Below, piece by piece: positions 16,336 to 24,285 of a stretch of DNA of 29,801 nt (the stretch's first letter is position 1; each line of letters begins with the position of its first letter). The stretch is from an uncultured Dehalococcoidales bacterium. Lineage in GTDB: Bacteria; Chloroflexota; Dehalococcoidia; GIF9; AB-539-J10. A model generated the notes under the pieces. The model made no database searches. It was not told the DNA's origin and saw only the letters and a list, made by a program, of their open reading frames with translations. Both the position numbers and the translations under genes were made by a program. The stretch is taken from contig CAZQDF010000001.1 in assembly GCA_964592065.1 (NCBI GenBank), positions 1 to 29,801 on the forward strand. The letters are read 5' to 3'.

Positions 16336-17193
16336 TTACTTTCCCGGTGCATTACCGAAGTATACCTTGGTGTGAGGCCAGGGTATCTCTATGCCTTCAG
16401 CATCAAAGGCCCTTTTCAGGCGAAGTCTCAACTCACCCATCACCGCCCATTGCTCGATGGGTTTGACATCACCCAAGATCTTGACCTCTATCCCGGAGTC
16501 GCCCAGGTCATTCACCCTCAGTACCTGGGGCGCAGTTTTAATCACCTTGCGCCATTGCTCATCCGCAGCCAGCTCCTGGCCTACACGGTTTATTACACTT
16601 ATGGCGTGGTCAAGGTCGGTACCATAGGACACTGAGACATTAAGATTAACCCTGGCGAAGTGTCTGGTATAGTTGCTGGCTATCCTAATCTCGCCATTGG
16701 GGACATGGTGGACTATCCCGTCCAAGTCACGGAGCACCGTCTTCCTTAGATGAACCTCCTCTACCAGCCCAGTGACGTCGGCTATTCTGGCTACATCTCC
16801 AACCCTGTACTGGTTTTCTGCGATTATGAAGATGCCAGCAATAACATCCCTTATCAGGTACTGAGCGCCGAAGCCGATGGCTATTCCAGCAATGCCGAAA
16901 CCAGCCAGGATTGGGGCAACAGGGATATTTACTTCAGATAGGACCATCAGTATGACAACTATGGCGATAAATATCCGCCCTACCCCGGTCAAGACACCTA
17001 TAAGCGTCTCTCTCCTTTTCTTAATTCCCTCCTTGCTTTCGCCCCTGATTGTGACCATGGTACGGCCTATTAGGAGGGGGAGAAACTTTCTCAAAGCGAA
17101 CCATAGCACAATCCCCACCACCAATATGATGAGAATGCGAATGCCATGTTCAATCAGCCAGCTAACTACAGTGGCCCAACTCAATTGGAACAT
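16336..17193 (-). CDS. mscS: Small-conductance mechanosensitive channel family protein
   Basis: Three TM helices, AGFGIAGIAIGFGAQ, YRVGD, DGIVHHVPNG, AFDAEGIEIP. The ATG at 17193 has SD GGAGG. Confidence 0.93.
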   Translation of the reverse strand: MFQLSWATVVSWLIEHGIRILIILVVGIVLWFALRKFLPLLIGRTMVTIRGESKEGIKKRRETLIGVLTGVGRIFIAIVVILMVLSEVNIPVAPILAGFGIAGIAIGFGAQYLIRDVIAGIFIIAENQYRVGDVARIADVTGLVEEVHLRKTVLRDLDGIVHHVPNGEIRIASNYTRHFARVNLNVSVSYGTDLDHAISVINRVGQELAADEQWRKVIKTAPQVLRVNDLGDSGIEVKILGDVKPIEQWAVMGELRLRLKRAFDAEGIEIPWPHTKVYFGNAPGK

Positions 17194-17269
17194 ATGCAAC
17201 CTCCATGCTCCGCACTTTCTGCAGAGGCTAAACTGACATTATTTTAAACATTTATTCAGTGCGCTGTAT

Positions 17270-17397
17270 AGTCATCGGAGACGCTGGGGTAAACCTAGCT
17301 ATCAGTTTGCCCTGCCTCTCTTAAGCTTCTGCGAGGATACATTGACTCGGCGGGTACTCGACCATTTACATTTTCCAGCGTATACCCTTCCTTGGCT
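17270..17397 (+). ncRNA. Candidate structured RNA (long irregular hairpin with central bubble, 6S-like topology)
   Basis: Pairings ACGCTGG 17281-17287/CCAGCGT 17375-17381, GTAAA/TTTAC, GCCCTGCC/GGCGGGT, plus outer G-U-containing pairs that favour the plus strand. It lies in a ~350-nt spacer with no credible ORF. Confidence 0.3.
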
Positions 17398-17545
17398 TTA
17401 AGTGTGGCAGGAACTTGCACCTAAACACCCGTGTTAATGTTTTACTTGTATGGCCTTATACCAGGGTTTGCTTCGTTAAGACGCTTTTAAGAGTAGAATG
17501 GACGACTAGTGCCGAGAAATCTATGAGTAATGGGGCACGAGTATC

Positions 17546-18550
17546 CTAGGTCCGAGTCCGACAGCTGCTAAGCTCAGTTACGAGAAGCTCGACAGCTAGC
17601 TGGTCGTTATATTTACCAGTTTTGATAGCCAAGTCTGCTTCCAAGAGCTTGCCATACGCTTCTCTTACCTGCTCTAAGTTGTACAGTTTGGCTTGATTAA
17701 GTGTCTTATCGAGGCTGTAGTCTGCCAAGCCCAGCTTAGCTTGAACTTGCTGGCGGGACAGGTCACCTAGCTCTTTGCCTAGTGCTATTAAACGGAATTG
17801 CCTGGTAATCATAGTTATGATATAAGTTGGCGAAGCACCCGCCTGATACAGTTGATGCAATAACCTCGGGGCTGTCTTAGCCTGACCTTCAAGGATTGCA
17901 TCTACCAAGGGAAAGATGCTAGCTTCCTGAACATGGCTTACCAGTTGCCTAACATCGTCTTCATCGATAGTGCGTTCTTGGGTATAAAGAAGAAGCTTCT
18001 GGATTTCACTATTCAATGCCCATAAATTCCCCCCGATAAGTTCAGCTAGTAAATCAATGGCCTGGAAAGTGATACTGCCTTTTTCGTTGATTACTCGCTG
18101 TTGAATCCAAGTTTTCAGCCTCTTACCTCGCAGCAAAGGGAATGCCTCTACCTTAGCTATTGGGGAAAGATTCTTCAAGAGCGGATTATTCCCACTTATT
18201 TTGCCGTCAATTAGTACTAGCACGGTGGTTTCTGGTATTTGCTTGATATAAGAAGCCATTTCCTGCCACTTTCCTAGCTTGTTTGCAGATTTGGTATTGC
18301 TTTTGCTAAATCTTGATTTCCTTTGTCCTGACTCAAATCGTCCTAGCAAGCCTTTGACTGTAACCAAACGCTGTGACGATAAGAAGGGGACGATGTCACA
18401 GTTGCTCCTAAGCTCATTCAGGGTTAAATGCTCACCATCTAGCTTGATGGTGTTAACCGCTAGCATTTCTGAATTGCCTAAGTCAGTTTTAATTCTCTCT
18501 ATGGTTTGGTAAAGAGAGAAATCATCTTGGCCATGAAGAATATAGAGCAT
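17546..18550 (-). CDS. holA: DNA polymerase III delta subunit
   Basis: MLYILHGQDDF, PFLSSQRLVTVK, GGNLWALNSEIQKL, DLAIKTG. ATG at 18550 preferred over 18568. Confidence 0.93.
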   Translation of the reverse strand: MLYILHGQDDFSLYQTIERIKTDLGNSEMLAVNTIKLDGEHLTLNELRSNCDIVPFLSSQRLVTVKGLLGRFESGQRKSRFSKSNTKSANKLGKWQEMASYIKQIPETTVLVLIDGKISGNNPLLKNLSPIAKVEAFPLLRGKRLKTWIQQRVINEKGSITFQAIDLLAELIGGNLWALNSEIQKLLLYTQERTIDEDDVRQLVSHVQEASIFPLVDAILEGQAKTAPRLLHQLYQAGASPTYIITMITRQFRLIALGKELGDLSRQQVQAKLGLADYSLDKTLNQAKLYNLEQVREAYGKLLEADLAIKTGKYNDQLAVELLVTELSSCRTRT

Positions 18551-18558
18551 TTCTTGGT

Positions 18559-18567
18559 ATTGTACCA
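18559..18567 (-). promoter_or_regulatory. Extended -10 promoter 8 nt upstream of the holA ATG (possible leaderless mRNA)
   Basis: Minus strand TGGTACAAT-ACCAAGAA-ATG; no SD. Confidence 0.45.
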
Positions 18568-18627
18568 CAACACCATTTGGTAAGAGTCTTATCTAATTCA
18601 CAAGTTAAGGTCTTGGAAGTTACATGC

Positions 18628-18930
18628 TCACTTTGCACTTTTAGCTGTCCTGTGCCTTTTCCAGCCTAATATTGTCAGCAAATCTCCTACGACTGTATCC
18701 CTCGCTGTCTCATGCCTTAGAGGCAAATCGGGGTTAATACGATAGGTGTTGCTCCTGCCCACCTTTCTGCGCTTTAAGTAACCTGCGGCTTCCAGGTCCG
18801 AGATTGTTTTGTGGACGGTTCTCTCTGTAAGGCCCAGGGTCAAGGCAATGTCGCGAGTGGTGCTGCGCTGATGCCTGGAGATATGGCTCAGGACCATGCC
18901 ATGACTGGTAATAAAAGTCCACTCTCCCAT
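18628..18930 (-). CDS. Winged helix-turn-helix transcriptional regulator (MarR/AsnC-like, WTF.T.H type)
   Basis: WTFITSHGMVL...TRDIALTLGLTERTVHKTISDLEAAGYLKRRKVGRSNTYRIN; SD GAGGAG. Confidence 0.88.
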   Translation of the reverse strand: MGEWTFITSHGMVLSHISRHQRSTTRDIALTLGLTERTVHKTISDLEAAGYLKRRKVGRSNTYRINPDLPLRHETARDTVVGDLLTILGWKRHRTAKSAK

Positions 18931-18987
18931 TTTATTCAGTTCTCCTCAAAAAAAATGAAATTTTATCTTAAAACCTCGTAAAACCAC

Positions 18988-19015
18988 TTGACAAAATTGA
19001 TGGTAGCAGTATAAT
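18988..19015 (+). promoter_or_regulatory. Consensus sigma70 promoter
   Basis: TTGACA (18988-18993)-N16-TATAAT (19010-19015). Confidence 0.7.
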
Positions 19016-19251
19016 TATTCTAGAAAACTAATTCATAATTATTATCTCACATTATATATTGCAGTAATTATAATAACAATAGCATAGCAAATTATTGAAT
19101 ATTGGTAAAGTGCTTAAACGTAAACGTTATTTCAGCTATATCACTCAAACCTCTTGTGATTACTTAGCAAACAGTCACAGGAGAAAATTGTTTAAGGTTG
19201 CAAACATGGATACTTGCCAAATCGAGTCCTGTAAAAAAGGAGGTGAGAAGC

Positions 19252-19302
19252 ATGCAGAAGAAACCTAGTGCTCCTAAGCCAGGTGCCCCTAGGCCCAAGT
19301 AG
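19252..19302 (+). CDS. 16-aa Pro/Lys-rich peptide MQKKPSAPKPGAPRPK
   Basis: SD AAGGAGGTGA at 19237-19246, ATG at 19252, TAG at 19300-19302; flanked by a promoter and a terminator. Confidence 0.6.
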   Translation: MQKKPSAPKPGAPRPK

Positions 19303-19321
19303 TTGAGTTATAAGGGTAGGT

Positions 19322-19368
19322 AAAGCGAAGGGGAGTTTCCCCGTAAGGGGTGGCTCCCCTTCGCTTTT
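19322..19368 (+). terminator. Intrinsic (probably bidirectional) terminator
   Basis: Perfect 14-bp stem AAAGCGAAGGGGAG/CTCCCCTTCGCTTT, inner CCCC-GTAA-GGGG hairpin, followed by T run. Confidence 0.8.
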
Positions 19369-19579
19369 GGCTTCGGAGGCAAGGCACAGAGTTTATCACG
19401 TAAGCGAGCTTAGTAACTAAGTCAAGATGGAGATAGCAAATTTTTATTTGAAGAACATCAGCCCTGCACTTCATGTTACCCGTGGTATAAAACCTTATAA
19501 TTTGGAGGAGGGAGCCACCTCGCTATTGAGTCCCTGGGGCCTAACGAGCCAGATGGCCACGAAGTGCAAAACCAAATTA

Positions 19580-19588
19580 TGCTATAGT
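19580..19588 (+). promoter_or_regulatory. Extended -10 promoter 7 nt upstream of the ychF ATG (possible leaderless mRNA)
   Basis: TGCTATAGT-TATATCC-ATG; no SD. Confidence 0.5.
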
Positions 19589-19595
19589 TATATCC

Positions 19596-20684
19596 ATGAA
19601 GATTGCCATTATTGGACTGCCCAAGAGTGGTAAAACAACCGTCTTTAATGCCTTAACCAGAGGCAGGGCTGAGGTCGCTGCTTATGCCTCGTCTTTAGCC
19701 CCAAATGTAGGCGTGGCCAAGGTATCTGATTCTCGATTGGTAGCACTAGAGAACATATTCCATCCTAAAAAGGTTGTTCCTGCGGAAGTAAGCTATGTAG
19801 ATATTGCAGGGTCAGTTAAGGCTTTTTTTAAAGAGGGTATAGGAGGGGAATTCCTGAGCTATCTAACTGCTGCTGATGCTTTGCTTCAAGTAGTCCGGAC
19901 CTTTCAAGATGAAAACCTTCCCCATCCTGAAGGAAGTATAGATCCTAAACGGGATATAGCTACTTTGGACTTAGAGCTTACCTTCTCCGATTTAAATATT
20001 ATTGAGAGAAGACTTGACAGGCTGGAGGTAAGCTTAAAAGCTGCTAAAGCAGCGGAGCGTGGACAGTATTTGAAGGAACAAATACTGTTGCAGAAGATTA
20101 AAACAGAATTGGAAAAAGATATACCGATAAGGCAGCAAGAGCTCAGTAAGGATGAACTCGGGGCATTGTCTAATTACCAGTTTCTTACGGCTAAACCTGT
20201 ACTAGTTGTGCTTAATATCGGAGAAGAACTATTACCACAGGCTTCACAATTGGGAGATGAGATAAGCTCCCTCTATCCTCGATTTGCTGTTGTAGCTCTT
20301 TGTGGAAAGCTCGAGATGGAGTTAGCTCAGTTTAGCGATGCTGAGGCCAAGGAATTCCGTGAATCTATGGGGCTAACTGAGCCAATGCTCGACCAGGTTA
20401 TTGGCCTTTCTTATCATCTTTTGGGGCTAATTTCATTTTTCACCACAGCCTCCGCTGAATTGAAAGCATGGACTATCCCCAGCGGTATGATGGCACCGGG
20501 GGCGGCGGGGAAGGTCCATTCTGATATGGAAAAAGGATTTATCCGAGCTGAGACGATCAGCTATGCTGATTTGGAGAGCTGTGGGAATTTATGCGAGGCA
20601 CGGAAAAAAGGCCTGCTTAGAACAGAAGGCAGGAATTATGTCATCCAGGATGGAGATATAATTACCTTTCTATTTCACGTTTGA
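19596..20684 (+). CDS. ychF: Ribosome-binding ATPase YchF
   Basis: IIGLPKSGKTT, DIAG, FLTAKP, AAGKVHSDMEKGFIRAE, EGRNYVIQDGDII.F.F. Confidence 0.96.
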   Translation: MKIAIIGLPKSGKTTVFNALTRGRAEVAAYASSLAPNVGVAKVSDSRLVALENIFHPKKVVPAEVSYVDIAGSVKAFFKEGIGGEFLSYLTAADALLQVVRTFQDENLPHPEGSIDPKRDIATLDLELTFSDLNIIERRLDRLEVSLKAAKAAERGQYLKEQILLQKIKTELEKDIPIRQQELSKDELGALSNYQFLTAKPVLVVLNIGEELLPQASQLGDEISSLYPRFAVVALCGKLEMELAQFSDAEAKEFRESMGLTEPMLDQVIGLSYHLLGLISFFTTASAELKAWTIPSGMMAPGAAGKVHSDMEKGFIRAETISYADLESCGNLCEARKKGLLRTEGRNYVIQDGDIITFLFHV

Positions 20685-20778
20685 ATTAAGCACTCCAAGC
20701 TCATTGCTTTAAGCTGTGGTCTTACTTAGCCTGCCTTACTCCAAGAAAGCTTTTGGTATGGCCCTGCAACCCCATTCT

Positions 20779-23292
20779 CTAGTGTTTGATCTTCAAGGTC
20801 ACTATCTCAAAGGGTTTCACTTTCATTGTTAGCCTATTGCGATTTGGCTTCAGCTCATATTCCTCTCGCTCCAGCAAATCGGAAACTGTTGCCCTTTCGA
20901 TATTACGGAATAGCTCGATTTCAGCCGTGGTTTCCTCTCCTTTAGTTTCAAAGAACCTTAATATTACCTCATCGCTGCCCTCAGCCTTCTTAAGGGCTGA
21001 CAGGATAAGGTTATTCGGTGAAATCTTGAGGAAGGAAAATTCTGGGGGCAAATTGCCTTTAGAATTAGTTTGAGTGCAAAGAGGTTGGTGGTGATATTCT
21101 TGGCCATGCTTATATGCTTCAGATTGCCTCCAATCACCCTCATGATGCTGCAAGGCATATTCAAAAGTGTAATCTCTATTGAGCTCCAAAGCATCTGGAG
21201 TTGGGATTAGAGGCCCAGCGTCCCCATCGGTAGAAAGAGCACCAACACTCCGCAAAAGTGTTAAGTAAACCTGACTACCCCTTATCTCAGTTGCCGGGAT
21301 ACCCTTGTTCATAAAAGTTATTCCTCTCGTTCCATCGCCATAACAGAACCAGGATAGAAAATTGGGAATTCCGGCTGGTGTCCCCGTCCTTTCCAAGGAT
21401 GCAAATAACTCTGTAGGCTCAGGAACAACACCAAATTGGGTCTCACGAAAATAAACCATTCTCTCCTTAAATGTATCGAATTTAACCCTAAGCCTTATAT
21501 TTGGATATCTACTATTGACTTTGGTTGTAAACTCGACCCTGGGAAGGTCCCGATAAATAGTAACCTCTTTTATAACATCTAAAACCCTGTGTTTATAAAA
21601 CTTAGTTTCAAACTTCTCGAACATTCGATAAGGCCATCTGAGACAATAATATCCCTCTTTTAGGATTATTTTCGATTTTAGCGGACCATTTTCTACCTTG
21701 AAGCTATCGGGCTTAAAAGTTCCATAATAAATCCCCTCTCCACTCTCATTTTTTATCAGTTCAAAGAACATGTGCCGATGATAATACAAGTCGCCAACCT
21801 CGTTCTCAATATTCAGTTCATTCCCTTTAACTAAAAGCTTTCCTTTTTTATCGAAAACTTCAATTATTCCTGTTTCAGGGTCAGTTTTTAATTTAAAGAA
21901 GGGATTTTCTAGCGCATTTTCCTTGCTCTTGACAGCCCTTTCAGGTTCTTTACTTCGTTCGATGACCTTATAAATCTTATAGCCTATCGGTGGAAGGTCA
22001 ACAAAAAAGCCAAGCCTTGCATGATTGATTTTCCCCTCTCTATCCTTTTTCAGCCCTAAAACTTGATTTTCTACCTCCTCCGCACTATATCTGAGCCCAG
22101 GTTCCTTCTCCCAGCCTTCAAGCTCCAAACCAACCTCACACCAGTTGTGCATTCCCCAGGGGAGAGGGTTGAAAATTACAACTGCTTTGCCTTGAGTATC
22201 TATTTTGCTGGCAATGAATTTCAGCGAATCATTCAGAATTTTAGAAAGATGCTCTTCAAGGAAGGAAAATATTTCTCTAACCTCGTCATAAATTTCATCT
22301 ATCCCGCATCCGGTGATGATATCGTGGAAGGCAACGAAAAGCATCTTCTCCCAGCACTCATTTAGCTCGGTACTGGGATATTCCTTACCTAATAGCCAGG
22401 CCAGAGTAGCAAACCGCTCAACTGTACTGAGCAATGCTTCACATTTCCTCGCTCCAAGGACCACCCACATTCGGCTTGAGCATACCTGAGGGAAAACTTC
22501 GACCAAATCCTTGTCATACAATTCACCCTCGTGGGGTTTAAATTTCCCCTCTTCGCTCTCCACAGCTTGGAAGAATTTGGATGGAGTGGAGAGCTTCATC
22601 TGGGAACCACCTCGATGATTCTCATTCCATTTCATTACCGCTTCAATAACTTCCTCTTGAGGAGGCACTGATCCACTTCCTGAAGGCATGAGAATGTGGA
22701 AAGTAGTGGCATATTTGTTAAGCGCTATATAGCTTTCCTGTAACCTATCGAGGTAGAATCCAGCCCTGTACCCTAATGGCATCCAATGGGCAAGGATAGT
22801 AGTCCCATCAAGCCCCCTCCAAATAAATTCGCTCTGCATCTCCTTCGCTCCTCGCCTAAAAGCAACCCATTTGTACCCCGATTTCTTATAAATTTGAGGG
22901 AGCTGCGCATTCATGCCAAAGCTATCGGCACACCAAGCTACAGGGACATCTACCCCAAACTTCTCCTTACAGTACTTCTTGCCAAACAAGATCTCCCTTA
23001 CCAACACCTCCCCAGTGGGAAGCATGGTATCTGGCATCAAATACTGGCCATCAACTATTTCAAGTTTTCCCTTCTGGATCATTTCCTTTATTTCTGACCA
23101 AAGCTTAGGATTCCTTTCCTCCAACACTTTCAAGGGGAAGATTTGCTCCCAGGAGAATCTATATTCCTCGTACTTTCTCATCAATTCAACGGCCTGTTGT
23201 AGAATACCTTGGTTTATTTCAAGATAATCCTCTTTGGTGAATGCCCAAGCTACATCATAATGAGAATGAGGAACAAGGTATATCGTCTGCAT
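20779..23292 (-). CDS. GH38 alpha-mannosidase-like protein, apparently lacking the canonical acid/base Asp
   Basis: Zn ligands PHSHYDVAW and FHDIITG; nucleophile motif WCADSFG; C-terminal LSALKKAE...LRFFE. ATG at 23292, 1 nt after the mpgP stop, with SD GGAGGT. Confidence 0.9.
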   Translation of the reverse strand: MQTIYLVPHSHYDVAWAFTKEDYLEINQGILQQAVELMRKYEEYRFSWEQIFPLKVLEERNPKLWSEIKEMIQKGKLEIVDGQYLMPDTMLPTGEVLVREILFGKKYCKEKFGVDVPVAWCADSFGMNAQLPQIYKKSGYKWVAFRRGAKEMQSEFIWRGLDGTTILAHWMPLGYRAGFYLDRLQESYIALNKYATTFHILMPSGSGSVPPQEEVIEAVMKWNENHRGGSQMKLSTPSKFFQAVESEEGKFKPHEGELYDKDLVEVFPQVCSSRMWVVLGARKCEALLSTVERFATLAWLLGKEYPSTELNECWEKMLFVAFHDIITGCGIDEIYDEVREIFSFLEEHLSKILNDSLKFIASKIDTQGKAVVIFNPLPWGMHNWCEVGLELEGWEKEPGLRYSAEEVENQVLGLKKDREGKINHARLGFFVDLPPIGYKIYKVIERSKEPERAVKSKENALENPFFKLKTDPETGIIEVFDKKGKLLVKGNELNIENEVGDLYYHRHMFFELIKNESGEGIYYGTFKPDSFKVENGPLKSKIILKEGYYCLRWPYRMFEKFETKFYKHRVLDVIKEVTIYRDLPRVEFTTKVNSRYPNIRLRVKFDTFKERMVYFRETQFGVVPEPTELFASLERTGTPAGIPNFLSWFCYGDGTRGITFMNKGIPATEIRGSQVYLTLLRSVGALSTDGDAGPLIPTPDALELNRDYTFEYALQHHEGDWRQSEAYKHGQEYHHQPLCTQTNSKGNLPPEFSFLKISPNNLILSALKKAEGSDEVILRFFETKGEETTAEIELFRNIERATVSDLLEREEYELKPNRNRLTMKVKPFEIVTLKIKH

Positions 23293-23293
23293 C

Positions 23294-24100
23294 TTAACCT
23301 CCAAATATTTCTTCGATTACTCTGCTCCAGCCTTCAGGGCCAATCCCCTGAACTTTGCGCAAGTGAGGCAGATTTATGTTCTCCCAAGTGTGATTCCTTT
23401 TTTGCACTAAGATAGGTATATCCACTGCGGAAAGCAGAGGTAAATCGTTTAAGCTGTCGCCAAGTCCAATAGTCTCTATTTTATCCCACATCCTATGGTA
23501 TAGATTGCTTACAATGGCTACAGCTTTACCTTTATCGTTATCTCCCATGATGTCATAAAACCGCCCACCATGGGTCCAATTGAGGCCAGCATCTTTAACC
23601 TTTTCCAAGGCCTTGCTCACCTCTTCACCTGAGAGGTCGAGCTTTACTGTTTCATCATATTCTCTTTGCTTAGCTAATTTAGCAGACTCCATATCCAAGC
23701 CAGTCTCTCTGGCTATCTCTTCAACACTCATATCGCCAAAGCCTCTAAAGTGAAAATTGCCTTCCTTTTTAACCTTATCCAGCAATTTTCTGATCTCCTC
23801 ATAAGGAGTGCCCAGCTCAATAACTAATAGATTACCTATAGTAACTTTATGATACTCGAAAGGGAAGGAAAAGTAACCTTGTGGTATAAAGATAGCGCCT
23901 CCATTCTCCACTATAAAGGGATGAAACACTTTCATTTTGTGCCGATATAACTCTTGCTCTGCTCTGGTCTTTGCCGAGCAGAATATCAGGGGTATGCCAT
24001 TCTGCTGAAGTCGTTTAATCCCAATAAGCGATTTCTCATAGGAATAAGTTACGCTGTCAAGAAGAGTGCCATCTAAGTCAGTAAATACTATTTGTTTCAT
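23294..24100 (-). CDS. mpgP: Mannosyl-3-phosphoglycerate phosphatase (HAD IIB)
   Basis: FTDLDGTLLD, CSAKT, PFIVENG, AKQREYDE, GGRFY, DKGKA, GLGDSLND. Confidence 0.9.
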   Translation of the reverse strand: MKQIVFTDLDGTLLDSVTYSYEKSLIGIKRLQQNGIPLIFCSAKTRAEQELYRHKMKVFHPFIVENGGAIFIPQGYFSFPFEYHKVTIGNLLVIELGTPYEEIRKLLDKVKKEGNFHFRGFGDMSVEEIARETGLDMESAKLAKQREYDETVKLDLSGEEVSKALEKVKDAGLNWTHGGRFYDIMGDNDKGKAVAIVSNLYHRMWDKIETIGLGDSLNDLPLLSAVDIPILVQKRNHTWENINLPHLRKVQGIGPEGWSRVIEEIFGG

Positions 24101-24285
24101 TGCAACTAAAGAGGATATGGGTGGATTATTCCTTTATTCCCCAGCAAATTTTCTTTTTCCAGTTTGACGAACTTTATCTTGCGTCACTCATATGTGTCAA
24201 ACTTCCTTGGACTTTGACAATTACGGCAGTAAGGACAGTTTGCCGCTGGCAAACAGATTTGATATTATCCTTTTGAGATAAGAAG

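Noticed and set aside
17240-17545. rpsT or rpmB-like small ribosomal protein gene, tmRNA, SRP RNA or RNase P RNA near holA
   Set aside because: Six-frame reading gave only short, stop-bounded frames (a KWSSTRRVNVSS stretch is cut by TAA). Signature motifs of those RNAs are absent.
19130-19210. c-di-GMP-I riboswitch or CRP site in the peptide leader (GCAAAC...GAAA; TGTGA...TCACA)
   Set aside because: The P2/GNRA arrangement does not fit the aptamer, and the TGTGA-TCACA spacing is 15 nt rather than 6.
19322-19367. Terminator stem as another repeat copy (AGCGAAGGGGA also at 6558-6568)
   Set aside because: Only a short match, without the TGTCAT or GCAATC termini; fully explained as a terminator.
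19596-19640. YchF P-loop GLPKSGKTT differing from GLPNVGKST
   Set aside because: Still a valid GxxxxGKT Walker A; not treated as unusual.
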